From positions 203,681 to 267,680 of IMG/VR virus record IMGVR_UViG_3300044712_001937: a DNA stretch of 64,000 nucleotides; one strand, given 5' to 3'. Position 1 is the first letter of the stretch, and every line of letters begins with the position of its first letter. Source of the stretch: a virus. This document shows positions 17,846-29,879 of this stretch, piece by piece. The notes under the pieces were generated by a model, which made no database searches, had not been told where the DNA came from, and saw only the letters and a program-made list of their open reading frames with translations. The position numbers were made by a program, and so were the translations under genes.

Positions 17846-20800
17846 ACTTATTAAATTTATTAATAAATACTTAATTTATTATAAAATATATTGATATATG
17901 TAACTAAAATTTTTTAATTTCGTATATTTACCTGAAATTAAATCATTATTTATATGGAAGCTAATTTTGAACATGAAACAATTAAAATTCCTGATTTTAT
18001 TTTACTTAAAGAAAGTATTAAAGAAAATAAACAATTATTAGTTCAGATTGGTCAGTTAAAAGGTGAAATTGATTATTTAAATAATTGTATTAAAGAACTA
18101 CAAATAAAAGATAAAATTACCCAAGGTAATGAAATTGTCGCTAAAATAAAAAAAGAAGAAATGTATACGTTATTAAAAAAACGTAATAATCAATTAGCTA
18201 AAAGAGTAAATAGGCAACTTAAAATAATAAGTAATTTATCTGCTCAAAATATTCAACTTCAAAATAATATTGATTCATTAAAACTTTCTAATGATTTCTC
18301 TTTATTTATACCATTAGATAAAGTAAACAAACTTTAAATAATATTAGTTTATGAATAAAGTATATGTGAATGGTTTTGTCTGGTATGCTGATATAAGCAA
18401 TAGAATGCTCTATGAAGATTTAAATAAAACATCCGGTACTTCATTTAAATTTCTTACTGATAATGAAATCAAACAAATTAATGATTCTATTAAATATCCA
18501 CGTAAATCTTAACATATGAAAAATACAAGTTTCGCTTTATATTATATATTAATTTCTATATTTGGTATTGCAATCTTATATATTTTATATATTTCTGTAA
18601 TTAATCCATTTTCCGGTGTTAATCAAAAAGTTGTTAATGGAAATTTAATCACAACAGGCATTTATAAAGGAAAAGAAATATTCATATTTAAAGATACTAT
18701 TCATAGTTTTAGTAATGATACAATAAAATACATTCGATATCATCAGGCATTAAATGAAATTAATGCATATGTTAGATTTGAAACCAAAATATGTAAATAA
18801 TTATGAAATATCAAATTCTCGCAATTATACATGTTAAATCTGATTTTCCTAAACTTCTGGAGTTTGGAATGGAACATACAGATTTAAATGATTCTATTGA
18901 AGCAATGAAGATTTGTGATTCAGAAGGTGATGCTCATAAATTCTTAATTGAAAAAGCTAAATTATATAATGAAAGACATTTCGGAAATGAAACCGATTTG
19001 AAATTAATGCTCAATGAAATTGAAATGGGTTGTTTAACTCTTAATGGAGTTACTGCCTACATTTCCGAAGTAGAAGAATGTTATATTATTAGAGTTAAAG
19101 AATCCGGAACTGAAATTCAACATTACGATAATATTGAAGATGCAAGAATTGGACTTTCAACTTTTGAAGATATTGATATTATTGAAGGAAATTATACTGA
19201 AAACTATTATGAAATTTTTGATACTTTAACCAATAAAATTGTTGAGTGATGGTAAATAGTTTAAATAGCCGAATTGTAGAATTAACCAAAATGATTGATG
19301 AGTTTGATAAAAAATTTGGAGAAATAGATGTTAAAACATTAAATCCAAAAGATAGAACTGCATTAGTTAAACTCAAAAAACAGATTAATAAATTTCGTCA
19401 ACAAAAAAAATCAATGCAAGATACATTGAATATGATGAAAAAATTTGGTGCAACTGATATAATAATTGGTGATTAGTAGATTTTACATAGATAAACTACA
19501 AATACTCGATTATCTATTCATAATTTGCAACAATTTCATTTGAAATTCGTAATTCAACAAAACATTAAAACAATTTCAATATGAAAACATTATTTAAAAT
19601 CTTAATAGTATTAATCATTGCACTATTCGTAATTGATTATTTTCATCCTGATGGAAAGATATTCCATAAAGCAGGTAAAGTTGGAAAAACAATCATAAAA
19701 GAAGCTCCTGCCAAAATAGGTAAAGCCTATAATGAGGTTAAAGAAGGTGTTCAAGACTCAACCAAATAAGATAAAAATGGAAGGAACATATTTCGTAATC
19801 AGAAATTCAGATGGTGAAACTACTGTCAGAATTATAAGTAAAGAACAATTACTTGAAGATATTGAAAATGGTGAGTTTGGAGATGTATTGACGGAAATTC
19901 CCGAAAACTCCGATACTAATTATTGGGGAGAAAGTGTACTTATAATTAAAGGAAAATTAGTAGTACCAATAGCAGAACAAGTAGTGACTAAATACAGTAT
20001 TGAATAAATTTAATTAAAATATATGATAAAGAAAAAATGGAAATGGGTAATTGACCAATGGTTAGAAGATAAAGTTTGGGTGAATATTCCAAAAGAACAT
20101 CAAAGTCCTCATTTTTTCTTTTTACTTGGTTTTGTAACAGCAATCATAATTTTTACTCTTATAACTTTAATTTAAAATATTAACAGCATATGGGCAATGC
20201 AATGAACCCACAATAATCGATAATGTTTCTGTCTATTGTGGTTATTTAATATTGGTAACACTTATAATTTATGATGGGTCGTGAAGTAAAAAATCAAAAA
20301 GGTGAATATTTTACACTTACTGAAGATGAAGAAAAATATGTAAGAGCATTAGAACGATTAAGTAAAATGAATCCCGGAAGAATACAACTAATGGCAAACG
20401 GTACAATTAGTATCCGAATAAATGGAATATGGCATAACGATAGCATAGATGGACATCATAAAGCATTTTCAATTCAATGCGAAGGCGGTGACGGGGGTGA
20501 TAATTATTAATTTCTTTTTAACTTATATATTAAATAAATTACCATAAACCTTAATAAAATAAATATTATGCCAACAATTAAAATTGAAAAAACATTCGAG
20601 ATTAGCAACCAAGATATTGAAGACCTTTTAGTTACAGCATTTGAAGGTGGAATAAATTATTGGTGTGATAAAGTTATCATTAAAGAATATCCGGAGTCAT
20701 TAGAAGATAAAAATATGTTAGCTTCTGATATATTGGCTCATGGTGCAGTTTTAACTTTATGTGATGCTGAAAGTTCTGATAAATGGGATTTAACATTAGA

Positions 20801-21730
20801 TAAATTTACCCAAGGTTTAAAAATGCATCTCGAAAATACTGAATATTCCAGCATGGAAGATTTAATGGATTCTTATGATGCAAATGATGCAGATTGTATT
20901 ATTCAATATGCTATATTTAACGAATTAATATTTGGATAATTATGGAAGTTATTGATGTTAAAACATTAGGAAGTTTAGCTACTTCAACATATTTTAGAAA
21001 TGATAATAAACAAACTATTAAAGTTGAAGTTAGAATTCGTACTCATTGTAGTGTAGTTAATCAATTAACAACATTTTACTATAATATGTATTTGAGAAAA
21101 TATAAAGGTAGAAAATTCCGTTACATTATGACTGGAAATAATCAAGATAAAGATAAATACTCTCAATGGATTGATGAACAAAGTCTCTATATTGCATATC
21201 ATAATCATTGGAATAATATTAATCCACTCAAACAATTTAGTAAAACATATTTAAATGGTAATCCTACTTCTTTTTCAGTTGAACCTGTATTACCAGATAA
21301 ACCAAATGAAATAAAAACCTTACGTGCTGATAATAAATTTAAATAAAATAATTATGAGAACACAAATTTTTGCATACAAAGGAATTGTTGCAGCAATTAC
21401 CGATTTAGAAGATGGTAAATTTCTTAATGACCCATTAGCAGGTGGACAATTAGATTGATATAACCAAAGAAGCAAAGGAGTTAATAAGAAAAGCTCCAAG
21501 AGAAGGTGGTTCATTTGCAGCAATAATGCTTACTAAACATGGTGATGGCTCAGATTCATCAATAGGTTTAATCGGATTTAGAAAACATTTATATGCTGGT
21601 GAAGACCTGTGTATAGGTAGGGATTGTGATGTTTCAGTATTGGAAGATTGCAATGAAACCGAAATCGAACTTCCTGTAGATTTTGTTAAGTTTATCGATG
21701 AAAACTTTTAAATAAAATAGGAAGAAAAAT

Positions 21731-21767
21731 AAAAACCCATGTAAGATTACATGGGTTTTTTTATTTA
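21731..21767. terminator. Bidirectional hairpin terminator (cccatgtaagattacatggg) between convergent genes
   Basis: Same hairpin family as at 1388, 4765 and 5283. It is flanked by an A-run and a T-run, so it can work on both strands. Confidence 0.6.
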
Positions 21768-22661
21768 ATACTTAATTCTTCCATCCACACTCCCATCATT
21801 ACGGATAGATAATTTTTTACCGCATCCTTTACATTCATATCTTATTGAATTACCTCTCTTTCCATCTTTAACAATATGATTACTTCCACAATACTTACAA
21901 ATCATGTTTCTATCTATTACCTTATCAACTGGCTTATAATTTAAACATTTATCTTTTTTTCTTTGTAAACTAATATTAGCATCTTTATATATAAAATCAA
22001 TAAGTTTAAGTATTTCAGATGTTTTAATAAAGACTAATTGATATACTATTTGTTTACTTTTACCTCTTGGTAATTTTTCATTTATATTCCAACAATTAAT
22101 ATCGATTGATTTTAAGTATGAATCTAATTCATAAATAAATGTTTTTGAAACTGAACAAAACTCAATGGTTATTAAATTTTTTCTTTTAGCTCTGATATAA
22201 ATGCTACCATCAGCATCAAAAAATCCTCTAATAAAATGAGAAATTAAATTTTCATTAATATCCGGAATTTTTAACATTTCTTTATTTTCATATGATTTTC
22301 TTGGGTAAACTCCATTATTTAATAAATCATGATAAAGTTCTTTTGAAGATTTAGCTAATGATTTTTGTTTCCCTGAATTTTTATTATGCTTAGAAAAATC
22401 ATATTCTCCAAGATTGAAGAATGGGAAATTTTCATGTAGTGAATATATTAAATTTTCATCATCTTTATGAATTGAAATCCTTGTTAAAAATCTAATTCTA
22501 TTATTTTTCTCAACATAATTACTAATAGTACCATCACCATACATAAATCCTAATAAATATGCTTTTTCTTGAGTATCAATTTTTTCTAATTCTCTATTAT
22601 ATTCCATATATTTAAATTTTCTATAAATACTGTACACATATACAAAAAACCACCAAATCAT
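21765..22661 (-). CDS. LAGLIDADG homing endonuclease with a C-terminal zinc ribbon
   Basis: Two LAGLIDADG-type motifs, 'LLGFMYGDGT' and 'IRGFFDADGS'. C-terminus 'CKYCGS...CKGCGK'. It is a minus-strand island. Confidence 0.7.
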   Translation of the reverse strand: MIWWFFVYVYSIYRKFKYMEYNRELEKIDTQEKAYLLGFMYGDGTISNYVEKNNRIRFLTRISIHKDDENLIYSLHENFPFFNLGEYDFSKHNKNSGKQKSLAKSSKELYHDLLNNGVYPRKSYENKEMLKIPDINENLISHFIRGFFDADGSIYIRAKRKNLITIEFCSVSKTFIYELDSYLKSIDINCWNINEKLPRGKSKQIVYQLVFIKTSEILKLIDFIYKDANISLQRKKDKCLNYKPVDKVIDRNMICKYCGSNHIVKDGKRGNSIRYECKGCGKKLSIRNDGSVDGRIKY

Positions 22662-22731
22662 ATTTTTATTTGCAACAATTTATTACATTTGTCGTATTAT
22701 TGATTACTATAACCAATAAAAATAAAGTAGT

Positions 22732-25017
22732 ATGATTATCAATATAGATAAATTTTCAGACCAAGAAACAGTTTCAACATGTGAAGAAAATGATATTGTA
22801 TTATCAAAGGATTCTCAAAGTATGTTTTTTTCATTATTCACAAAAAACATATACTCAAATCCAATTGGTAGTATAGTTCGTGAAATAACTTCAAATTGTT
22901 TTGATAGTCATATTGAAGCTGGTTGTAATATGCCTGTTTTAATTAAAAAAAGTATAGAAAAAGATACTAATACAAATTACATATCGTTTATCGATTATGG
23001 TGTTGGAATGTCACCTGAAAGAATAGATAAAGTATTTAGAGTGATGTTTTCATCAACAAAACGCTCAGATAACGCACAAATAGGGGGCTTCGGACTCGGT
23101 TCGAAAAGTTGCCTTGCTTACAAGCGTAGCACAGGTTTTGGCGAAGGTGAATATGACAATTCGTATTATATTATTACAGTATATGATAAGATTAAATACA
23201 TATACAATATATATGAAGGTCAAAAATGCCCAAAAATATCCTTACTTCATAGTGAACCAACCGAAGATGGTAATGGTACAGAAGTTAAAATTCCTGTATT
23301 AGAAAAAGATTTACGTACATTCGAATATGAAATGATACGTCAATTATATTATTTCGAAAATATTATTTTTGAAGGTTTCGACAGCACTAAACTTACAAAC
23401 GATTATCAAATTATCAGGGGAAAATCATTCCTATTCAGAGGTAATGAATACAAAGATTCAATCCATGTTTGTTTAGGTAGGGTTGCATATCCTTTAGATT
23501 ATAATACTTTAGGTTTAAACGAATCAGATTATCGTTTACCTGTAGCAATTAAATTAAATGTTGGTGATATAAATGTTGTTGCCAGTCGTGAAGGTTTAGA
23601 TTATTCTGAAAAAACTATTAAGGTAGTTAAAGCTAAACTGGAAGAAGTTAAAAGTGAAATTATTGGTTTGATTTCCAAACAATATGAGAACATTGTTACA
23701 TTGGAAGATTATTTTAAAGTTAAATCTAAGTTTGGATTTCTTTATTTCTCAAACGGTTTATCTATTAATGTAGGTAATGTTATTAGTGTTAAAGATATTA
23801 ACTATAAAAACTTTCGATATAATTCACTTAAATCAATTCCAAAAGATACTGAATTATTTAAGCTGTTTTTCAATGTTGAAGCTTATGGTAAAAAATTAAA
23901 TAAGAATGTACACCGTAGAACCATATTTTTTGATGGAAGTTTCGATGAAATTCTAAGAAAAAATTTCGTTTACTATATAGATACTCCAATGGAACGTAAA
24001 AGAATTAAACGTGCTTATATGAAGTCTCTGCATGAAACATATTTTGTAATTAGGAAAAATAATTTCATTCATTCAACTAATAGAGAAACAATTTGTGATT
24101 TGTTCAATGTTAATTTTAACAGTTTTTACAATAAATCAACTGATGGTCAATGTACGGAACTTACTGATTTTTCAAAAACATTGTTAATGTTAAGAGATGA
24201 GTTGTTTGAAATTGTTACAAAATATCGTCAGGATTATAATGAAGTTAATGTTCCGGAAAATTTCATTCTTGAAAAGAAAAGAAATATTATCGATACTAAG
24301 ATACTTAGAGAAACTAAAATTCAAGTTAAATTCTTTGGTGTCAGTGGTAAAGATAAAGTTAAATTATCAGCATTGTTCGATTTAAACATTCCAATTTTTT
24401 ATGGTTCACAGGATGATGAAAATAAATTAAACAATGCCAGATATATTCATACTACATTGTTCGGTGGTGGGTCAATGATTTCATATTATGAAGAATATGG
24501 TAATAAAATTAACTTTAATTCAGATAAAAAGGGTATATTGTTCATAATGTTAAGTAAGGGTAATTTAAAATATATGCAATATTGCAAAAAAGCTTACCAT
24601 ATAGATAATTATTACTGGAAAATGCTTCATCGTAAAGCTGACATGGTTTATGATTACTTCAACAGTTTTGAATTTATTCAATCATATCAAAACTTATCAT
24701 CAATGTACAAGTCTAATAAGTTTGATATAATTAATAAAGATTGGGGACGTAAAATTAAAAAAGTTAATGAATATTATCAAAAAATAATTTCAAATAAAAA
24801 TAAAAATATTGGTGATATTCGTCAATACTTAACTCCTTATTTTAATTTATCTAATTTAAATCAAAGTACTGAAAATAAAAAAATAAGCAGTATACTTGAT
24901 GATATTTATAAATTAAAAACTGCTAATGAAAAATCTATTAGGTATATTAATATGCCAAATGATTTTTCAACAGATGAAGTATTAATTGATATATTAAAAA
25001 AAGTTATGATATTTTAA
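22732..25017 (+). CDS. Hsp90/HtpG-like GHKL-family ATPase (761 aa)
   Basis: N-box 'NIYSNPIGSIVREITSNCFDS' (compare Hsp90 'LYSNKEIFLRELISNASDA'). G1 'IDYGVGMS'. G2 'IGGFGLGSKS'. The rest of the protein is not recognisable to me. Confidence 0.5.
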   Translation: MIINIDKFSDQETVSTCEENDIVLSKDSQSMFFSLFTKNIYSNPIGSIVREITSNCFDSHIEAGCNMPVLIKKSIEKDTNTNYISFIDYGVGMSPERIDKVFRVMFSSTKRSDNAQIGGFGLGSKSCLAYKRSTGFGEGEYDNSYYIITVYDKIKYIYNIYEGQKCPKISLLHSEPTEDGNGTEVKIPVLEKDLRTFEYEMIRQLYYFENIIFEGFDSTKLTNDYQIIRGKSFLFRGNEYKDSIHVCLGRVAYPLDYNTLGLNESDYRLPVAIKLNVGDINVVASREGLDYSEKTIKVVKAKLEEVKSEIIGLISKQYENIVTLEDYFKVKSKFGFLYFSNGLSINVGNVISVKDINYKNFRYNSLKSIPKDTELFKLFFNVEAYGKKLNKNVHRRTIFFDGSFDEILRKNFVYYIDTPMERKRIKRAYMKSLHETYFVIRKNNFIHSTNRETICDLFNVNFNSFYNKSTDGQCTELTDFSKTLLMLRDELFEIVTKYRQDYNEVNVPENFILEKKRNIIDTKILRETKIQVKFFGVSGKDKVKLSALFDLNIPIFYGSQDDENKLNNARYIHTTLFGGGSMISYYEEYGNKINFNSDKKGILFIMLSKGNLKYMQYCKKAYHIDNYYWKMLHRKADMVYDYFNSFEFIQSYQNLSSMYKSNKFDIINKDWGRKIKKVNEYYQKIISNKNKNIGDIRQYLTPYFNLSNLNQSTENKKISSILDDIYKLKTANEKSIRYINMPNDFSTDEVLIDILKKVMIF

Positions 25018-25077
25018 GTAACAAATTCAAATTAATATCGTATATTTACGCAAAACAAAATAACTAAATATAAAATT

Positions 25078-26268
25078 ATGGCAAATAAAATAAGTATTCA
25101 CGTAGTTAAAACAGGTAATACTGTCCACATTAGTCTTGGTGGCAAGCTTATTGATAAAAACTGCGGTAATCCTAAAGAAGCTGATGAGTTATTTAAAATA
25201 GTTCTTGCTGCGAAGGAAAATCCAAGTGAAGATAACTTACGCAAAATTCGTGCATATGTAAATGAAAAATTGCGTGTAGCATATTTAACAGGATTAGAAC
25301 ATGACCCAGATACTGGTGAAGTATTCTTGGCAGGTTTCAATACCCCAATTCCTCAAACATTGGTTGATATTATCAGGGAGTATCACGAAAATAAATATCC
25401 GTTAACACCAATTTTTAACTTCTGGAAGTTATTAATGATTAATCCGGATAAGCGTGTACGTGAAAGTTTATTCAAATTTATTACTGCTCACGATTTCTCA
25501 TTAACAGATATGGGATATATGATTGTTTATAAAGCAGTATATTTAAAAGACCAAAAACCTGTTCGTGATACTACTTATGAAGATTTCATAAGCACTCAAT
25601 ATCTTCACGTAAAGAATAACTGGAAATGTAGTCCTAATAAATATGTGGTTTATAAAAACCTTGCAGATTTTACTTTTGCAATTACAAAATATGAAACTGC
25701 TAAGACTTGGGACGAAAAAGAAAAAAATATCGAAATTCTTGGTAAACTTGGCGATATCTATTCAGCCATTGTTGTTGAAGATAATAAACCGCTTCAATAC
25801 ACTGATATGTATTCCCAAACCATGACCATTGAACTTGGTGTACCAGCGAAGAAGGAAAGAAAAGATTGTGATGCTAATCCAGATAAGAATTGCTCTAATG
25901 GATTACATTGCGGTGCAACAAACTATGTAAGCAATTATGCCAAGAAGACAAGTCATATTCTTGTATGTTTTGTCAATCCAATGAATGTTATAGCAGTACC
26001 ACATTATAACCATTCAAAAATGAGGGTTTCAGAATATTTTCCATTCGCTTTAGCTGAATATGATTTTGATAAGAAAAAGATTTCAATTATTGAAGAAAAA
26101 TATTTCGAAAATGATTATAAAGCTTATGAAGTTATAGAACTCGAAAAATTGGTTACTAAAGTGAAATCAGAAGAAAAACCAATTGAAAAAGCACAAAATG
26201 CCGAAGATGAAGTACGTCCAATGTCTGAATTATTAAAAATTATTGAGGGAAGAATGATTGATTTATAA
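25078..26268 (+). CDS. Hypothetical protein (396 aa), preceded by the promoter motif and followed by a strong terminator
   Basis: It has the least AT-biased codon usage in the area. A TCGTATATTTACG motif lies upstream at 25037-25048 and a hairpin at 26289-26323 follows. Confidence 0.45.
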   Translation: MANKISIHVVKTGNTVHISLGGKLIDKNCGNPKEADELFKIVLAAKENPSEDNLRKIRAYVNEKLRVAYLTGLEHDPDTGEVFLAGFNTPIPQTLVDIIREYHENKYPLTPIFNFWKLLMINPDKRVRESLFKFITAHDFSLTDMGYMIVYKAVYLKDQKPVRDTTYEDFISTQYLHVKNNWKCSPNKYVVYKNLADFTFAITKYETAKTWDEKEKNIEILGKLGDIYSAIVVEDNKPLQYTDMYSQTMTIELGVPAKKERKDCDANPDKNCSNGLHCGATNYVSNYAKKTSHILVCFVNPMNVIAVPHYNHSKMRVSEYFPFALAEYDFDKKKISIIEEKYFENDYKAYEVIELEKLVTKVKSEEKPIEKAQNAEDEVRPMSELLKIIEGRMIDL

Positions 26269-26288
26269 TTAAATTAATTATATTTTGT

Positions 26289-26323
26289 AAAAACCGATAT
26301 CTTTATAAGATATCGGTTTTTTA
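26289..26323 (+). terminator. Rho-independent terminator (aaaaccgatatctttataagatatcggtttttt)
   Basis: Perfect 11-bp stem followed by a T-run. Confidence 0.7.
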
Positions 26324-26336
26324 TATTTATTTAAAT

Positions 26337-26873
26337 ATGACTAAAGAAGAAAAGAAAATATATCAAAAAAAATATGAAATTGTTAATAAACAAAGAATTA
26401 GAGAATTACGTATTCAACGTGATATAAAAAATAAAGAAAAAATAAGGAATCAACAAATAATATATAAATTAAAAAATTCTGAAAAAATAAAAGAATATAA
26501 TAAAACATGGCGAAAAAATAATTCTGAAAAAGCAAAAGAATGGGTAATGAATAATAAAGATAAAAGAAAAATTATTGATAAAAATTATAAATCAAATAAT
26601 AAAGAAAAAGTGATTAGTTATAAATTAAAGAAAAATTATGGAATTACATTAGCACAATATAATGAAATGCTTACTAATCAAAATAATTCATGCTTAATTT
26701 GTAATACTAATCAAAATGAATTATCAAAAAAATTAGTAGTAGACCATGACCATTTAACTGGAAAAGTTAGAGGTTTATTGTGTGATAAATGTAATAGAGG
26801 ATTGGGGCATTTTAATGATAATATTGAAACTTTAATTCAAGCAATCAAATACTTGGGGTCTAATAAGATTTAA
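26337..26873 (+). CDS. HNH endonuclease of the T4 endonuclease VII-like type, with a basic KEK-rich N-terminal half
   Basis: 'CLICN...LVVDHDHLTGKVRGLLCDKCNRGLGHF' matches the HNH_3/EndoVII-type core. Confidence 0.65.
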   Translation: MTKEEKKIYQKKYEIVNKQRIRELRIQRDIKNKEKIRNQQIIYKLKNSEKIKEYNKTWRKNNSEKAKEWVMNNKDKRKIIDKNYKSNNKEKVISYKLKKNYGITLAQYNEMLTNQNNSCLICNTNQNELSKKLVVDHDHLTGKVRGLLCDKCNRGLGHFNDNIETLIQAIKYLGSNKI

Positions 26874-28084
26874 AATTCTGGGACTTTTTTTTGCAACATA
26901 TATTCATAAATTTCGTACTTAAATATGTAAAAATTAGGAAAAATATGAAAAACGCCAATATTTATCGTAAAGAATTAAGTGAAATTAAAGCTAAAGAAAT
27001 TGCTTTAAAAAATAGTATAGGTAAAAGACTTTATACTTTAGCTCTTAATTATCCGGATGCTATTGTAAGTAAAGTTGGTGATACTCCAATTAAAGCTAAA
27101 AGAATTGCATCAGCATTTTATATTGAATCAATTGAATTATCAGCACAGATTGATTGTATTGAACGAATTGAAAAATATATTGAAAGTATTTCTCCAGTAA
27201 AGCAGCTTGAAATTAATTGGGAAAACATAAAATAAGAAAATCATGGAACTAATTAAAAAGAAAATTAAAGACTTAATTAATTTTTCATTTGCTGAATCTC
27301 AACCCGATGAAAATATTAGTTTGGCAAAGACCATTAAAAAGGTATTAATAGAACATATTGTTAATGAACTGAAAATACTTTCCAAAGAAAATAATACTAT
27401 TCTTGGTCGTGTAATTAAGTTTTCAGTTAATGATTCTTATGCATATTATGTTATTGTTAATATAAGAGATGTAAATGTTGATATTGTTTGGCTTGATTAT
27501 GGAAAAGGTTATCAGAATCTTAAATTTACTGAATTTGATACAATTCCTTTTGATTATGCAAATGAGAAAGTACAAAAAGAAGATGAATTTGAAATATCTG
27601 AACCTGAAAAAATTAGTATATGAATATATTTTTAATTAAAAAAATAATTTGGGGAATAATCACACTAATTGTAATGTTAATGTCATGTATTTGTATTATG
27701 TACAGTATTGGTGGTTTCTCTAAAGCCAAGTTTTTGTTTGCATCATTATCAATATCTTCAAACATATTTAATTTATTATTTATGTTACCAGTTATTGTTT
27801 GTTGCTTAATTGCGTTATTTGTCTGTCTTAAAAAATTTTTCAATTATAATGCAAAACAGAAACTGTTTAATTATGTCAACAATAAAATTTTGTAAATCAA
27901 TATTTTTTATCTAATTTTAAATTTTTTAATTTCAAATAAATTATGACAACAAAAATAAGCGAAAACGAAATAAATGAGCAAATTGATTTAGCAAATCAAG
28001 CAATTAATGATGGTGGTAAATTTACCTTTTTGTCTTATGAAGATGGCGTTAAAACTGCATTAGAATGGATAATGGGTAATACTG

Positions 28085-28567
28085 ATGTTAAACCAATGGA
28101 AGATTAATCATATGACTATTACTTATCTTAAAGGTGATGTAACATATCCAATTGGTGATGGTAATAAAATAATACCGCACTGTTGTAATGATTCTTCAAA
28201 ATGGGGGCGTGGTTTCGTCTTGGCTCTCAGCAAACGTTGGAGAGAACCCGAAGAAGTTTATCGTTCAGTAAAACTAGAAAATCTTATTCTTGGAAAAGTT
28301 CAATTCATTTGTGTTGAAAATGATATTATTGTTGCAAACATGGTTGGTCAACATGATATTAAACCTAATGAATTAGGCGAACCTCCTGTTAGATATTGGG
28401 CAATAAGAAAATGTTTACAACAAGTAAACCGCATGGCAAAATTATCTAATTCAACAATACATTGCCCTAAGTTCGGAAGTGGCTTAAGTGCTGGAAAATG
28501 GGAAGAGATTGAAAAAATTATTATAGAAACTATTGAAGTGGATGTATTTGTTTATGATTTAATTTAA
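28085..28567 (+). CDS. Macro domain protein (ADP-ribose binding or hydrolase)
   Basis: 'IIPHCCNDSSKWGRGFVLAL' fits the macro 'VNAAN..L..GGGV..AI' motif. 'IHCPKFGSGLSAGKWEEI' fits 'IAFPAISTGIYGYP.EE'. Confidence 0.5.
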   Translation: MLNQWKINHMTITYLKGDVTYPIGDGNKIIPHCCNDSSKWGRGFVLALSKRWREPEEVYRSVKLENLILGKVQFICVENDIIVANMVGQHDIKPNELGEPPVRYWAIRKCLQQVNRMAKLSNSTIHCPKFGSGLSAGKWEEIEKIIIETIEVDVFVYDLI

Positions 28568-28573
28568 AATAAT

Positions 28574-28942
28574 ATGGAAAACAAATCTATAAAAATTAAT
28601 GTACCCGAAGGGTTTGAAATTGATAAGGATAAATCAACGTTTGATGAAATTATTTTTAAGCCAAAACAGAGTTTTGAAAAAGATATGTCAGACTTTTTGT
28701 TTAATATTATCAATGGTTCAACCATGATAATGACTGAAAAGGATGAAGTCACATATTATAAAGATAATGAATGGATTCTGCAACAGGATTTTAAAAAAGA
28801 TAATTTATGGGTTAGATATTCATTAATTTGGGTAATTTTTGAGAAAAAATATAGTCTTAACAACCAACAAATCAGTGATTTTATTAAGGGTTGGGTAGAA
28901 ACCAACCTAAATTGGAAGGGATTAACACCAGGTTGCTGGTGA
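28574..28942 (+). CDS. Hypothetical protein, paralog A (MENKSIKINVPEGFEIDKDKS...), whose 3' end runs into a 36-nt repeat
   Basis: Paralogous to 29880..30287. Most nucleotide differences between the two are synonymous or conservative. The C-terminal 'VETNLNWKGLTP' is encoded by the repeat. Confidence 0.55.
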   Translation: MENKSIKINVPEGFEIDKDKSTFDEIIFKPKQSFEKDMSDFLFNIINGSTMIMTEKDEVTYYKDNEWILQQDFKKDNLWVRYSLIWVIFEKKYSLNNQQISDFIKGWVETNLNWKGLTPGCW

Positions 28943-28996
28943 AGAAACGATTGAAAACAGGTAGAAACCAACCTAAATTGGAAGGGATTAACACCA
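28895..28996 (+). repeat. Repeat-spacer-repeat unit: two perfect 36-nt copies (GTAGAAACCAACCTAAATTGGAAGGGATTAACACCA) separated by a unique 30-nt spacer; candidate solitary CRISPR mini-array
   Basis: Copies at 28895-28930 and 28961-28996, spacer at 28931-28960. It has the same 36/30 geometry as the main array and shares its core AACC..AAATTG.AA.GG. Confidence 0.5.
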
Positions 28997-29879
28997 GATA
29001 ATATAAAATTTATATAATTTATGTATAATAAACCATTAGTAGTATTAGCAAAGAAATTAGGATTTGAAAGTAAATTTTTTTCAGACCAACCTTGGAAGTT
29101 CTCAGAACGTGAACCGATGAGATATCAATTATGGCTGGAGGAATTAAAACAATGGTTAATCAATAATTATGATTTATATGTTGAAGTTCCAAAAACGATG
29201 AGCACTTTTATTAATAATGAATCATACAAAAAAACTTATAAATTTACATTTAATATAAAAGATATTACTGATGAGCATTTTAAAACAACTTCTTTAAATG
29301 GATTCGATTCATATTTAAAAGCATTAGAAGTTGGCGTTCATAGAACATTAATTTATATAGATGAAATAAAATAATTATTAAAATATTTTGTATCTTTATG
29401 CGATATATTATAAAATAACCTTATTTAATCCTGAAATTATATGGACGTAGCTTTTCTAACTACCGATTTTAAACTACCAGATTATTCAAATGAATTATTA
29501 ACCGCAGCACAAGCAATTGAAAAACTTAAGGATGAAATTGAAACTATAAATCTAAATAAAACAATTACTGATAAATCTCATGAAATAATATTTGAGCGTA
29601 TCATTAAAGTTTTAGATTATGTTGGAAAATTATCACAACCTTCATTTGAAATTGAGTATAAATTGGAAGAATTGTATATAATAAACTATCCACATTCTCC
29701 AGAGCTTGCAAAAAAATTATGGCAAGACCACTATGAAAATATTCATCATCCATTCGATTTATTAAAAAACAGATGTTTTAGATTAATTGAAGAATTGGAT
29801 GCAATATTTCATATAATTCACAAAAGGCATCCAAGAAACTGGAAACCATAAACTATTAATATACCTTAAATTTAATAAC

